Part shown: piece after piece, positions 14,134 to 27,279 of the stretch
Position numbering within the stretch: position 1 is the first letter of the stretch
How the letters are laid out: each line of letters starts with the position of its first letter
Origin: Lama guanicoe
Taxonomy: Eukaryota
Direction: 5' to 3'
DNA: 64,000 nt
NCBI GenBank assembly: GCA_013239625.1
Contig: MU053557.1
Span: 937,063-1,001,062 of the forward strand
The notes under the pieces: model-generated
Databases searched by the model: none
Told to the model about the DNA's origin: nothing
Seen by the model: the letters and a program-made list of their open reading frames with translations, nothing else
Position numbers and translations under genes: made by a program

Positions 14134-16129
14134 CAGAGACAATGCGGAGGTCAACATATCTCTCACTTCCTTGTGGTACTTCCTCTCTCTTTCCACTGCA
14201 GATAAGTCAAAGCATGCATAATTCATTATCTTAAGAGAAAAGACCCCAAAAAGGAACACCCAGGACAAGGGCAGAGTAGATTTCCATAATTTCTTTGTCC
14301 TTTCACCTGCCTGTCAATCATAACGTCTTCTCCATGTTGTGTATGTTTATGCCTTTTTTTTTTTTTCCCATGCTGAAAACCTGCATCAGTATAGTTTTGT
14401 GGCTGGGTAGATGGGAGCACATGTCTGAGTGAGATGTGCCCTAATGATGCCCAACAAGGAGTTGTTCATTTCTAGGCCCTTACGCGGTTCGGGTCAGAGG
14501 AACTTGAGGATGATCCATAATTTAATGATGTGTGTGGCCCCAAAGGGGGTTCCAATAACTGCATGCACAAACTACCCAAATGAATATGGAATGATTCATG
14601 ATTTCAGCTGTATTTCACAAATAAAATCCTAACTCATGGAGCTGCTCAATTTGTCCAGTTTGACTCAAACAGGACTAGGAGGCTCTCAGATAGTTGAAGA
14701 CCCTGAACCCCAACATTAATTAAAAACTTCAAGCGAAACCAATGAGGGAGAATAAATTTAAAAAGAAAAGAAAAAAAAAGAAGGAGTGGATACAAAATAG
14801 CTGTCATAGTCCCTAAGTAATGACATGAAGTTCTCTAATTTTCCAGGCACTCTGACCAGGAGAGATGGCTGTACTATGATTATTCAGAAAGAAAAAAATT
14901 TGGAGGTTTTTCAGTGATCCACTTGGTCCCTGCATGTACAAGAGTAACTAGAGAGGTACCAAACTCCCACGTGCTACCAGAAATAGAGAATGGATGACTT
15001 AAATTCATGCTTGTCATGATCATGAGTTAGCATTTAAGTAAAGACTACTACAAAGGAAAGGAAATAATGGTTAATGAAACTAATGAGCTTGAGACACTAA
15101 TTAAGATTACTTGGCCAAGAATTTTAAAAAATAACAATAACTTTAAATTTGATTCAATTTGCCTTCCCTCCTTTACTTCCCAAGTGGGATTCCTTTACTT
15201 CCCCAGCTTCCTAATCTTTAAAAAATGTTCCTCTTGTTTGTGAACAAATTGTGTTGTTTACTGGATAAAGAATTTTGAGTTCCTAGACTGTCATCCTTGC
15301 TTTATTTAGGAAATCTACTTTGAAAAGTCTAAAGAAAAATGTGTCCCTGTCCAGTGACTATCAAGGAGTTTGTCCTGGGGGAAGAAGGCAGTGATGTTCC
15401 TGTTAATCAGCTTTCTAAAAGCACTTACATGCCAACTCGAGGATTTAGTAAGTCTCCTCTCTCCAGCGACCTCTTCCATCTTGTCAGTTTATTCTTAGAA
15501 TTGACCTTTAGCTAATTTACCTGCATTTGCACAATAAAAATCAGCATAACTTCAGACTCTCCCCCTGCTGATGTTGGCTCCATCCATCACAAATGGAAGA
15601 GGACTGATGCACAACTAAGTAGTGGAGAAGAGTTGCTTTATAATTGCATCTGTCTGTGTGTGCACGTGTGTGTGTATGTGTGTACATGTGCAATTTTTAG
15701 CTTGGTGTTGGGTCAGTGGCTAGTCATGTCCATGGTAACGCTATCCAAGTGCAAGGATAAAGTTCTTTGGTTACAAAGTTTAACAGCTTTGAATTCAGCA
15801 CTTTGAATAGTTTTTCTTCACGGTGGGTGTCAGTCTTTGAGAATGTTGAGAAGAGCTGGTTTCCTGATGCAAAATTCAAACATTTCAGATTTCTAGATAA
15901 AAACCAAACTCATTTTCATTTACATAGTCACTGGTGGCATCTTACTAAAAGAAAGAAAAAAGAAAATGAATGCCTGGGAAATTAAATGTGCATCAAATTC
16001 ACACTGATCACTAGCAGTTTTTGTCAACTGCAGCCAGTGGTCAGTGTTTTATCTTGAAGGAGAGAGACACACAGAAACACTTGCAGGAACAGCTCTTCTC
16101 TGATTTTTGTGAGTTATGTGCATTTAAGG

Positions 16130-16339
16130 CAGCGACTCGCATCCAGGGGAGATTTAGCACCCCAGGGAACTTTCCCCAATGCCTGGGGACATTTTTTGAT
16201 TTTCATGATTTGAGAGGTGCTACTGGCATCCAGCGAGTAAAAAGGAAGCTGCTAAATATCCCACAATGCACCAAACAGACGCCACAACAGAGAATTATCC
16301 AACCCCACATGTCCATGGTGCTGAGGCTGAGAAACCCTG
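16130..16339 (+). mobile_element. MER20 hAT DNA transposon (in the 3' UTR)
   Basis: tgctactggcatccagcgagta...gctgctaaatatcccacaatgcac...gctgaggctgagaaaccctg matches the recalled MER20 consensus. Confidence 0.8.
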
Positions 16340-17299
16340 AGTTAAGGGTTGGCTTATATCTTCTAAGACATTCTTAACCATGTAGAGACAGACTCTGGGT
16401 CAAGAGATAGGATGAAATGAACAGCAACAATTTGTATCACCTTAATTCTGTACAGTGTTCATTTATTATCACTTCATACAGATGTAAATGCTAAAATTTG
16501 GAGAAAAATGTGTCATTTTCTTCCAGAGTTCCAGTAGTGATGAGGCAGGCCTGTGGGCTAGGACTCTTTCTTCTATCTAAGTCTTTTTGTGCCTCAGGAA
16601 AAATGCTACTTCAGTGGAGTCATCAACTTTATAGCAGCGAAATGTGTTTGTCGTGAAGCACTTTGGGGGCATTTTAAGTTAGGTGACTCTATGAGGGATG
16701 TTTTTTAAGCTGATCAACAGTAGACAACAAGGTGCTCTCAGAAATAAAACAGGAAAGAGGGAGCAAGAATGCTTAGAACAGGCCAACGACTTCATTGTCT
16801 TTAATGCTGAGTGTGTCCTCCATTACTTTGGGTTGAATATCCCCTCACTAAAGATGATACTTAGATCTTGGAAAATATGATCCTCAGACTCAGACAGCTG
16901 CCCCCATGCCCTTGTTGTCAGAGATGTGACAAGTCTAGGCACAGGCTCTGGTTACTGAGCCTTATTTCACTCGAAACAGGTTTTGTGTCTTAAAGAATTT
17001 GACATTTTTCTTTTAATCTAACATGCTAACCTCCCAGTGATAGAATAAAGGTCAGATTATTCTCCCCCATGTCATACAAGGGAACCTGAAGACCCAGAGA
17101 GTTTACGCTAGTCATTTGCCTATTCATTTGTTCATGTGTTCATTTAGGGCCCAGTTTACTGTGATAAGCATTGTCGTCTACTAGGGACTAGAACTTGGGT
17201 GGTCGAGCTTGAATTCATCCAGATCCTAGGCTGACATTATCCTGTGTGTAGTTCCGATCCACTTTGTAGATTTACGGTTTAAATATCAAGTTACAAATA

Positions 17300-17530
17300 A
17301 TATATACGAAGGATTTATTATTATGTGCCAGAAACTCTCCTAAGAGCTTTATATACCTTATTTATTTAATCCCATAAAGACCTAATAAAGTAGCCCCTGT
17401 TATGTCCTCTTTTTACAGAAGAGGTCAGTAACAGAAACGTAAAGTAGCACATCGCTTGACAAGAGCAGAGACAGGCTTTCATCAAGGTTTCTTAGACCCC
17501 AGAGGCCGACAGCTTAACCACCTCATGATA
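17300..17530 (-). mobile_element. MIR SINE
   Basis: tatgtgccagaaactctcc...tttaatccc...tttttacagaagagg. Confidence 0.55.
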
Positions 17531-18064
17531 CAAGCTCTTCTCTCTGTTTTCTGGATTTCGCCTTTTAATAGTTTCTTCTAGTCTAAGCAGAAGGCAGCCG
17601 GGATGACTCCAGCCTGAAATCCTTCCTGAAAGTCGCTAGCTATTTTGAGTTGCAAGTCCCGTGAGGCATGCACATCCCTAGGGGATAAAGGACAGGTTTG
17701 GATGGGCACTTTTGCCTACCAAAGACTGCTTCATGGAAGAAGCCCGATCAAGGGGCAGTGATGTTATAGAAGAGAGATATGGTGAGGACAGTGCCCTCTG
17801 AAACCCATAGCGGTCAGCTAGCTTCCAGTTCACCAAGGAAGATTTCACTAGGGGTAAGACAGGTGTCTGTGTATGCACGCACGCGTATGTGTATGTGTGT
17901 ATGGATGAATCTGCTATTTTCACCTTTTGGCTTTTTAAACAATCTCAAGTTTTGTTCATGACAGGTCAGAAATCTGAATATGATTGACTGCCCCTAGCAT
18001 CTCATCATTACTGTTCTAAGTTGGAAAAAAGGGAGGCAGCTAGAGAAAAGAAACTGCACTGAAA

Positions 18065-18193
18065 TGTGTGAGTGTGTGTGTGCATGTGTTGTGTATGTGT
18101 GTTTATGTATAAATTTTTGTGTATATATGTATATATGTGTGTACATCTATCTAAATGTATATAAATATATCTATACATTTGTATACATATATA
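18065..18193. repeat. Imperfect (TG)n/(TA)n microsatellite
   Basis: Directly visible. Confidence 0.8.
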
Positions 18194-21063
18194 AGCAGAT
18201 CTTAGTTTGAAACTGGAATTTTGAGTTTGAGGGATTTATTATTATTATAATTTATTTTTGATTACTAGACAGTCTAACACAGTTCTAATTTCCAAAATTC
18301 TCTTCCATTATGAGTATAATGTATGTATCTATGGTGCAGAGAATATGATTAGAATACCTAGGTTTAACATCTGTGGATGCAAAACCAAACAAAAGTGCAT
18401 TTAAGGAAAAGCCAAACTTGGAAAACCTGGCTTTCTTATTTGAACCATTTGTTGGAATTTCAAACTATGTATTGTCTAACTTGTTCATTAAAAAACAAAA
18501 CAAAACAACAACAAAAAAACCACCACCACCACCAAGTAAAGGTGGTGATGTTTAGGAAGAAAATAGAGGTCTATGGCAGCATAAATCCAATGGTTATCAT
18601 GCCAGTGGTATTTCGCCTGCCTATTTGTTAGTTTACTATCTCCTTATTGATTTCACTTCATCATTCATGGGGGTCCCTGTGGCCTTACATGATTTTTAGG
18701 TGGGGCTCATTATCTGTTTAATTATTTTAATGCTACCGTAAATAACTTGTAATATGCATATTGTAAATATATACTAAAGCTCAAGGGCACATTGTAATAA
18801 TAGCCAAACGTTTTCTAGCCTCCTGCAAATAACCCTTTACGCCTGTTTATACAGATACCAAAATAGTTGCTCAAAGAAGGAACAACATAAAAGTTAAACG
18901 AAAGAAAATGTTACTTATCTGTTTTGGCATCCGGTAGGCATAGGACCAAATGACTGAAATTTGGGCACTCTTAAAGGTACGGTAAGTTATGTTTTTATCC
19001 ATAGCCATGTGCTTTGCATATTTTGGAGAATATGAAAGGTGTTTTAAGTCAACCTATGCAAACAGAGCTTCCCTGGTGCTCCTTGGGATCAGTTTATTGC
19101 ACACAAGCTCATACCTTCAGAAGCTCAGCCTGGCTCAGCTGATAGTCCAGGCACAGACTCTCCCTCCCAGGGACCTGTCAGGTTAGCTCAGTCAGAAACA
19201 TTTGCAAACCTATTGAGAACGGTCATTCACTTTTTCCCCAAAGGCTCCCTGCAGATATGGTCTTAAAAGCCTAGGAAAGAAAATCAATTTTGTAGCAATT
19301 AAATGTTCTAATTAGGTTTAAGGACACTTTAAGAAGGAGTGGTTGGTTTTCTAAAAAATTTTGGAGCAGAGGGAGAGGTTTAACACCAACCTTGGCTTCA
19401 AGTTCCCATCTCATTTTTCTTTCCTTTATTTTTATTCCAAAGAAGTATGTTGGATCAGGAGAATTTTGCTTAAAATATTCTGCTTAGTTTAGAAAAGGAC
19501 AGATTAATGTTTTTTGTACATCATGAGGGGTGGAGAAGTGGGGGTGCCCAAACCCCTCATCACCCTGTTTCTGACTCATGAGTTACTGGAGTGGTATCCT
19601 ACTTGAAACACGGAGAAGCAGAAACGTAGAGCAGCTGCATTTCAGAGCCTCAGTGAAAGCTGTTAATGGGATCTACCGTAAGTGCGTTACCACTTCGATT
19701 AGCGATGGCATCTAGCTTGTTTCCCTGATAGGAACTTGGTCTGTAAAATCAAGACCCTTTGGGTTGGCTGAAGGAATTGAACTAATGGTCTCAGTTGAAT
19801 TCCTGAGCATCTTTTCCCCACATCTCTTCAGATCCAGCAGAGCACTGAGTAGAATCTAACAAACAACATAATTTGTCCAAATTAAACCAACCTGTTTAAA
19901 TAGGATTAGCACCACTGTTGACACTTACAAAGATCCTGCTGATTGGGATACCTGGGGATCTCCAAGTACCACGTTTGCCAGGGACTGTCAAGCTCCTCGT
20001 ACATCCATCTCTGATGCTTTGAATGTGATGTCACCATAGACAGAGGAGTCTGAATTTTGCTGGTACTAACCCTGAGTGGTGAATCTGTTGGGGCCTTGCT
20101 CATGTTCCTTTTTCCTGACCTCATTCAAGTGCTTGATGACTTGGGTTGGTTTGTTGCACACTGATGTATACCAAGTGACACCCACTGAAATTACCTCTTT
20201 TCCTTTCGAATGCAGTTCACTTGTACATAAGTGTAATGTCAAATTGTTTACAGGTTCTTTTTTTGTGTGTAATTGTGATAGCAGATTTAGCTCAAACTTT
20301 AAAGGAATCTGTTTACTGAATTGTGTTAAAAATGAATGTGCTTATTACAGTATAAACATCATTAATTATGGACTCCCATGAATGCATGTCTACCTGTTGT
20401 CAACTCCCAGCAGCTCGGTTATCCAGCAAAAAGTCTGCAGTCTGTGAATAGCAAAATATACATAAACTTCTGTGACTCTGCTAACTCAGTAACTGTTTTT
20501 ACCTTGGTATGTAACACTGTAGATTTCAGCCTGCTGTATTTCTTTCTTACCTATTTGTTTTTGCAAGAGAAACATGATCTAAGATAGCACTTCTAATTGT
20601 CCCAATGGAATTGCGCACCATCTTGGCGATCATTGGTCCACCCAAAAGGCAGCTGCCTTGTGCTGGAACAATGGCCCTGAGCAACGTATAAATATATATA
20701 CATACATATCTATGTATGCAATATCGACAATGCTAATTATTACCATATATAGTCTCACTGCCAGTGGAAACAAGCTATTTTCTTTGGAATCACTGATGGA
20801 TATACAGAGATTAATTTGCTACTAACTGCTTTCATATTCTGTTTAGTTCCTAGAGTATGGTAAACGACACAAGTGCAGTATCAGTATTGTAAAACTGTGT
20901 GGTGAAAACTGCAAAAGTCATTCTGTGGATATATTTTAAAAGGCAGACCAGAAACTATATTTCAGATCCTTGTGTGAATATAATTACAGAAATAGGTAAC
21001 TATTTTTTATGTGTTTCCATAGATGACTCCATTTCATATACATTGTAATTTAGCACCAATCGT

Positions 21064-21110
21064 AATAAATCGTTTGGTAACATTCAGTTGTTATAGTTAT
21101 CTATTTTCAG
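21064..21110 (+). terminator. Distal polyadenylation signal of KCTD16
   Basis: AATAAA at 21064-21069, upstream TGTA elements, CA at ~21081-21082 and downstream ttgttatagttatctatttt. Confidence 0.65.
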
Positions 21111-21269
21111 TATTCGTGAGAGACTGATGATTCAACATTATTTCACGCTAACTCAAGAATTTCAGATGCAAGGTAATTACCATTGCAATTAGTTTATTTC
21201 TGGTTTGTTGTGGCAGCTTGCTGGACTGGGGTATAAAAAGGGAGACTGAATAAGTTGGTTATTTAACTT

Positions 21270-21490
21270 TCTTAGAATGAGACTGCAGTGAGCTGAGGCC
21301 ATGTCGCTGCCTCTTCTTAATCAGATGGCTTTACGCTGTTGATCCAGCCTCTTTGGACCACAGTTTCCTCATCTGAAAATAAAAAATAAAAATAATAGAC
21401 ACCTCATAAGGTTCATGTGAGAATTCAATTAGAAAACCCAAAGTACTTAGCACAGTATCATACATTAAATAGATGCTTAATAATCCCTAT
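21270..21490 (+). mobile_element. MIR SINE
   Basis: cagtttcctcatctgaaaat...cctcataaggttcatgtgagaattcaa...tacttagcacagt. Confidence 0.75.
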
Positions 21491-24059
21491 TCACTAGTAG
21501 TAGTTTCATCCAAAATGCAGGCTGACGAGGAGTTTGACTTTAGTACTCGGAATATATGAATATATTTTCCTTTTTTTTTTTCTCTTTAGCTTTTCTGGCA
21601 TTGCCTATAGAGCTAAACATTCAGTATGTTGTTTAATCAAAAGGGAAAAATTATACAGGGGATAAAGGGGAATTCTACGGCTTGTGGGGTGATTTAGAAA
21701 TAATTTAGCCTTTGCTGCTGTAAAATATATTCAGAACACTTGTCCCATGAAATGTGCAGAAAAAAGGAAAGGGATTGGACAATGTGCAGTTTGGGAAATA
21801 GAACCTTTTTACACACCCCTCTTTGTAATGTCTAAATGCTCTTTATTATATCTAAAGGCCTGGGAGCTACACAGTAAAGGAACTTTTGAGCTTTATTTAG
21901 CCCAGTATCTCCCAGACTTTTCTCACTAAGGACGCTTCTAGTTCTAAGGCACACATTTTGGGAAAAGCTAATTTAGCCCAGTCTCCTCCTTGTACAGGAA
22001 GGAAAGCTGAGACCCAGAGAGGGGAAGGGATGTGCTGAAGGTGTGATGGTCCTAGGTCTGGAGCCCCATCTATGGACCCAGGCTAGGACACTTCCTCCTA
22101 AACCCCTCTTACGTAGATGACAGATAACAACAATGGCATTAATCAATTAATCGGAAAACTTCTTCTAAATTCACAGCCTCCTTCCAGCACAGACGCAAAC
22201 TAAAGAGTTGAACGAGGTATTGAAGGATGAGGAGGAGACAGGTGAGGACGCAGTGGACAGGAATCCTGCCGTAGACTCAGTTACCCCGTGAGATTGCTGA
22301 AGGACAGACGTAAGGCCTCCTGAAGCTATCTTCTGAGATAGTCCCTGCCGTGACACAGATACTGGGCCAGGCTGTCCCTCTGCCCAGCACAGGGGTAAGA
22401 GCTTAGCTGGACCAAGAGGGTGGAAGGGTGGGAAAGGAAGTTTTCCTATGAATTCTTGTGTGGGAAGCTGGGGGCTTTCCTCCAGAAAGCTTAGAGAGAA
22501 GCCCCCAGTGTTGAGAACTTGTGAAGTCGTGACCTCCACAGCCCCAGAGGATGCTTATGCAGAGCCACAGTGCGGTCAGGTGCGGGCCACAGGGAAAGGT
22601 GTTGCCACCACTGTGCCAGAAGCACACAGAGAGTGAAGGACCCAGATCAAGAGGGAAAGCTGGCTACAGCTTTAAAGGAAGAGAGACCGCAAAGAATCTG
22701 TGACCACTGATCTGCCTCGCACAGCAGCTGGGTCCTCCTCAAATCCAGGGTCCCGAGAACACTGCCCCTGTGATGGGGTGGTGGGGACACGAGGCTGCTC
22801 CCTCTAATTTCCTTGAAGCCTGCCTGGGTGGGAAGGTAAGTGTGCAGGGACTGGGCCAGGAGAACACTGACGGTGGGTCTGGGGAGACTTGGGGAGTCCT
22901 CGGGAGACGTCATCCATCTCAGGATGGAAGTTACACAGAACCAGCAACAGCACACAGCCGCCGTCCAAAAACTCATCTGTTTGACAAATTGAGTTGAACA
23001 GGGCTTGATCAAAAGGATCACAGCTTTTGAAACAGGGGTAGTGAAATAGGGAAAAACACCACCTTCCCAGACAATATTTCTCCTCCCCTCTAATTTAAAC
23101 CCAAAGGCAGCGTTCCTTCCCATGCTTACGAAACACCTGGAGCCACATCAATTTTGGCCCCAATGACAGCTGCCACTGAGACAAGTCACAGTAGGTGTTT
23201 ATCTCAGTTGGGGGCTGGTAACAGCCCCTGGCCAGGCAGAACACCATCAGCTTAAAATTAGCCAAGCTCACCTTGCAAGGCTGACAAATAATAATGTGTC
23301 AGCAGCAAAGGTCCAGGAGGGCAGGTTTTCCAAATGCTCAGAACCCCCGAGATCTCCAGGGACAGCCCTTGCTGCTTCATCTCAGCAAGCAAATCATGAA
23401 AGCTCCAGAAAGACAGTCTGGGCACCAAACTCCATCTTCAGCTTGTTTTCTCCTTCCTTCTCTCTCCATCCCCCACCTGCAGGGTAATGAGAAACAAAGC
23501 ACCCTCTGTAACTTACGATAGCCAGTGAAATGGACTTGCCTTTCCTCTGCTGCTGGGTCTGGGCTCACACCTGCTCTCCAAGCCTATGCAATCCCTGGTG
23601 GAGGTAAAGCAATGAAATCCGCCGCCTCCAGGTCATAAAACCTCGAAACGCATGCGTCCTTCACCCAGATAAAGCTTTTCTTTCCTCTATCTCTCCTGCC
23701 CTCCCCACTTCTGCAGCTCTACATTTCTGCTTTTCTTTTCGTATTTGTTTTCTCTTTGGATGCCTGATACATGGAGCAAACTAATATAATAAACCACAGG
23801 ACCCCATGTCCAACATCCCCACCCCAGGCCCACACTTCTTTCCAGGCCTCAGTTTCCTCACCTGAGCTGTAAACGAGGAGCTTGGAGGAGATGCTTCTCT
23901 GCACCCTTCACCATCCCACCTCTATTATTTTTTAACCTTCGGCTCTAGTTGGTCTCCGACTTGGGAGACATGGGTAGGAGAGGGCAGAGGAGGCTTCCCT
24001 GGGTCACAGAAGTTGACAATTTCAGATTGTCTTTGAATGAAAACGTCTCTTCTACCTAA

Positions 24060-24238
24060 CAGAGCCCAAACAATAAAGGTAAGTTGGATGTTGTTCTGTC
24101 TTTCCAAACTGTGATGTTCCAAAGTTATTGTGAATGAGTCAGCTGTCCTCCCCCTCAGCAGAGCCCAAACAATAAAGGTAAGTTGGTAACTGTGATGTTC
24201 CAAAGTTATTGTGAATGAGTCAGCTGTCCTCCCCCTCA
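24060..24238. repeat. Two-copy tandem duplication (98 bp + 80 bp)
   Basis: 24060-24157 and 24159-24238 are identical except for a net 18-nt internal deletion in copy 2. Confidence 0.95.
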
Positions 24239-25579
24239 CCTCTGACAAGCCTCCCAGGGGGTGAAAAGGACACCCAGTGATTCCCCTCCTGCATTACCCA
24301 GGGCTGCAGCTTTGATTTCAGCATGTCCAGTGTAAGTGCCCATTTTCTCTTCACTGTGGATAGATGGGAAGGAATTGGCAAGGCGGACAAATAGTCAACT
24401 GATTGGAGTCAGAGAGGGGAAGGGCACAGTTGATAACAAATTTTTCTTCCTCTCCCTTACCCTGGGGAAGTGTGTCCTTCAGTACCTAGAAATAATAAAC
24501 TGATAGATTTTTTTTTAAATAAGGAGATAGACATATTTCTCTCTCTGCCACCTGACATTAACAAATGTGAGAGGGTGTGAGGGACCGAAAGAGAGACGTT
24601 ATAACCATCAAGTCTGTGTGCCTGAGGCGTAAGAGTTTTTTCGACAAGAGTCAATGAATAGCATGGTAATTATCCTGATCTAGTCTTCAGAGAGCTGCTA
24701 CCTGCAGGTCCCTTTCCAAAGCCCAGCTTCTGTGTTCACAATGGGATCGAGTGTGCACTGTCTGTCACCTAGCACCTTGAAGTTTTCTGTGAACATGCTT
24801 GTTCGCCTGAAGTTTCCTACAGCAGAAGCAAAAGGTCAGGGTTTGGAAAGAATTGCATCATTTTCCTCTTAGAGCCATCCTTTAACACAACTTCCCTTGG
24901 GTCTGTATTGCTATGGAGTACCATGCATTGATATTTATGAAGTTTTGAGGAAATGCTGGAAATAAAGCAGAATAAAAGTTAACAAGATAACATAGAAACA
25001 TGTTCAGTGCCGTTGTTCCCCATATTTGGTAGTATTCTTTTATTAAGAAGTAAATGTCAACCAAAAACAAATATATACAAGGGATGTCTTCTTGTTTGAA
25101 TGAGGAAGTTAATTATTTTCCGGTTTATGACATGCAGGCAATGTAGATCCATCTTAGTCCCAAGACAGTGGAAACACTCGCACAGAAGAGGCTTCTGAAA
25201 TACCCAGGACACACAACCAAGAAACCCTGTAGGTTTCTCAACAACCTTAAGGGCAGTGCTGGAGGAAGTCAACACGAGTACTGAGCTCTGAGCATGTGTC
25301 TGTAAAACCATAGGAAACAGAACAGAAGGACAAGCGATCAGCAATTATATCTCCCACAGGTACAAGACCTCAGGATGCTTGTCATGGACCAACTTCCTTG
25401 ACCTAACCCCGTGAACCTTTCCTTCCTTCAGCTCTTCCCCTCCCTGACACTGTTGCTGTTTCTGCTCTGGTTCTCTTACTGGAATTTCTCGGTGTAGCCC
25501 GGAAAAGAGGCAGAAAATAGGCAGCAAGGAGTTGGAATAAAATAGGGTCTGGGAGGTGAGGGGAGGCAGGTCTGGAGGC

Positions 25580-25743
25580 TTAATTCTCAAGTCTGGCTGT
25601 GGATAAGCAGCCCTGGCATCACCTAGGGATGTGTTAGAACTAAAGAATCTCAGGAGCACCCCTACACCTTTACGGAATCGGAATCTGAAGTTCAGCAGAA
25701 CCCAGGTGGCACAGGCACATTACAGTCTGAGGGGCATTGGTCT
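25580..25743. mobile_element. MER5-type hAT DNA transposon
   Basis: ggcatcacctaggg...gaatctcagg...gaatcggaatctg...cacattacagtctgag. Confidence 0.65.
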
Positions 25744-25953
25744 ATAAGGTCTGGTAGAATGCGCAGAGATAGCCTCGGAGAGGTGAGGGTGAAAGCACGT
25801 ATGAGAGGTGGCTCGTCCCAAGTGCTGCCACGGATTTAGGTGATGTGGTGGGCGATAAAAATACCACCAGTGAGTGGAATGACACTCTGTGCTTAAATGA
25901 GGACTGTTTATTACTAAATTTTTAAAACTCCTTACATTGTACAATAAACTTTA

Positions 25954-26094
25954 TACTTAAAAAAATGGGGGGGTAGGTAATTTGTTTGTTTGTTTGTTTG
26001 TTTGTTTATATTTTTAATGGCGGTACTGGGGATTGAATTCACCACCTCATGCATGCTAAGCACGCACTCTACTACTGAGCTACCCCCACCCCCC
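25954..26094 (-). mobile_element. Camelid tRNA-derived SINE (Vic-1 type), copy 1
   Basis: The minus strand reads GGGGGGTGGGGGTAGCTCAGTAGTAGAGTGCGTGCTTAGCATGCATGAGGTGGTGAATTCAATCCCCAGTACC, with Pol III A and B boxes and a (CAAA)n tail. A 16-bp TSD tgYacaataaacttta lies at 25938-25953 and 26095-26110. Confidence 0.9.
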
Positions 26095-26156
26095 TGCACA
26101 ATAAACTTTAAATGTAAAGTTTTGCATCTAATATAAACAAAAAGAAGATGATAAAA

Positions 26157-26273
26157 TAGGTAATTTGTTTGTTTGTTTGTTTGTTTATATTTTTAATGGC
26201 GGTACTGGGGATTGAATTCACCACCTCATGCATGCTAAGCACGCACTCTACTACTGAGCTACCCCCACCCCCC
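26157..26273 (-). mobile_element. Vic-1-type SINE, copy 2 (part of a tandem duplication)
   Basis: Identical to copy 1 apart from one TTTG unit, and duplicated together with its flank. Confidence 0.85.
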
Positions 26274-26796
26274 TGCACAATAAACTTTAAATGTAAAGTT
26301 TTGCATCTAATATAAACAAAAAGAAGATGATAAAAGCTGACTATAACTGCAACCATCAGATATAATCATGGTTAACATTTTACCCTGCCTCCCACTTTCT
26401 TGGTATATATGTATTTACTATATATCTATAATACGTATAGGTAAAATATTTATTTAGAATATAAATTAGCTATAAAACATGAGTATATGCCAAACCGTAA
26501 AACACATTAATATATTGATATCAATTATTTAGGTTTAATATGTTAATTTTATAGGGATGAGTCTGTAAAAGCCATGTGGTAACTTTTGTTTCTGGTTTAT
26601 AACGTATTTTGATATTTCATAAAACTGAATTTTAGGAAGCATTGTCTTTTATTAATAATATTAGTTTGTTTTAAATGTTAATGTTTAAAAGACTGACTAT
26701 ACTGAATGTTGGCAAGTATGTAGAGCAGTGGGAACTCACATATACTACTGGCAAGAGGATACAGCAGCACAGTTAATTTGGAAATCTTTTTAGCAC

Positions 26797-27279
26797 TGTT
26801 TCCAAAACAGGGTTTGCTGCACAACACACCCAGAAGCCAATACCATGGCATCCGATTTTGAGAAAAGAGAAAGCTTTATTGCAAAGTCAACCAGCAAGGA
26901 GCCACAAGGCACAGCTCAGATCTGTTTCCTTGATCCAGAGTTAGGGGTGAAATTTAAGGGGTTCAGGATATTTCAAATTTGGAAGCTGAATGGCTACTCT
27001 TGAGTCAGTCCATAATAAGATACTTGTGCTTCTGGAAGGCAGATTTTCCTTGAAGGACTTCTTGCTTCGCCATGGGCTCCAGTGGCAGTGTTTCTGTTAA
27101 GTTCTGTAGACTGAAGATTCTTGGTTCCAGGGTCATCCTGTAGATGCAGGTTCCCATCCTGAACACATGCATTGGCAGTGCTGTTGCCATAAAATAATTC
27201 GAAGTTTGATTAATCAACAACCTAGTTAAGGAGGATAAACTAGTTTAAGCTGCTGGTCAATGTGTTTTGTGCTGTTTCA
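26797..27279 (-). mobile_element. ERV1-type solo LTR inserted in an old L1 fragment
   Basis: TG...CA termini, 4-bp TSD-like gcac/gcat and minus-strand AATAAA at ~26875-26880. L1M-like sequence lies on both sides (26690-26796, 27280-27530). Confidence 0.7.

Larger units (their letters stand above)
9587..21085 (+). other. KCTD16: Long 3' UTR of KCTD16 (~11.5 kb, longest isoform)
   Basis: Relatively repeat-poor, AU-rich sequence after the stop. The TGTA-rich block 20200-21060 ends in AATAAA followed by a U/GU-rich tract. The 3' end is inferred. Confidence 0.65.

Noticed and set aside
25954..26273. tRNA-like sequences
   Set aside because: SINE heads with tails and a TSD, not tRNA genes.
24060..26335. 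CRISPR-like or other prokaryotic repeat system
   Set aside because: Only two-copy duplications without spacers, in clearly mammalian DNA.
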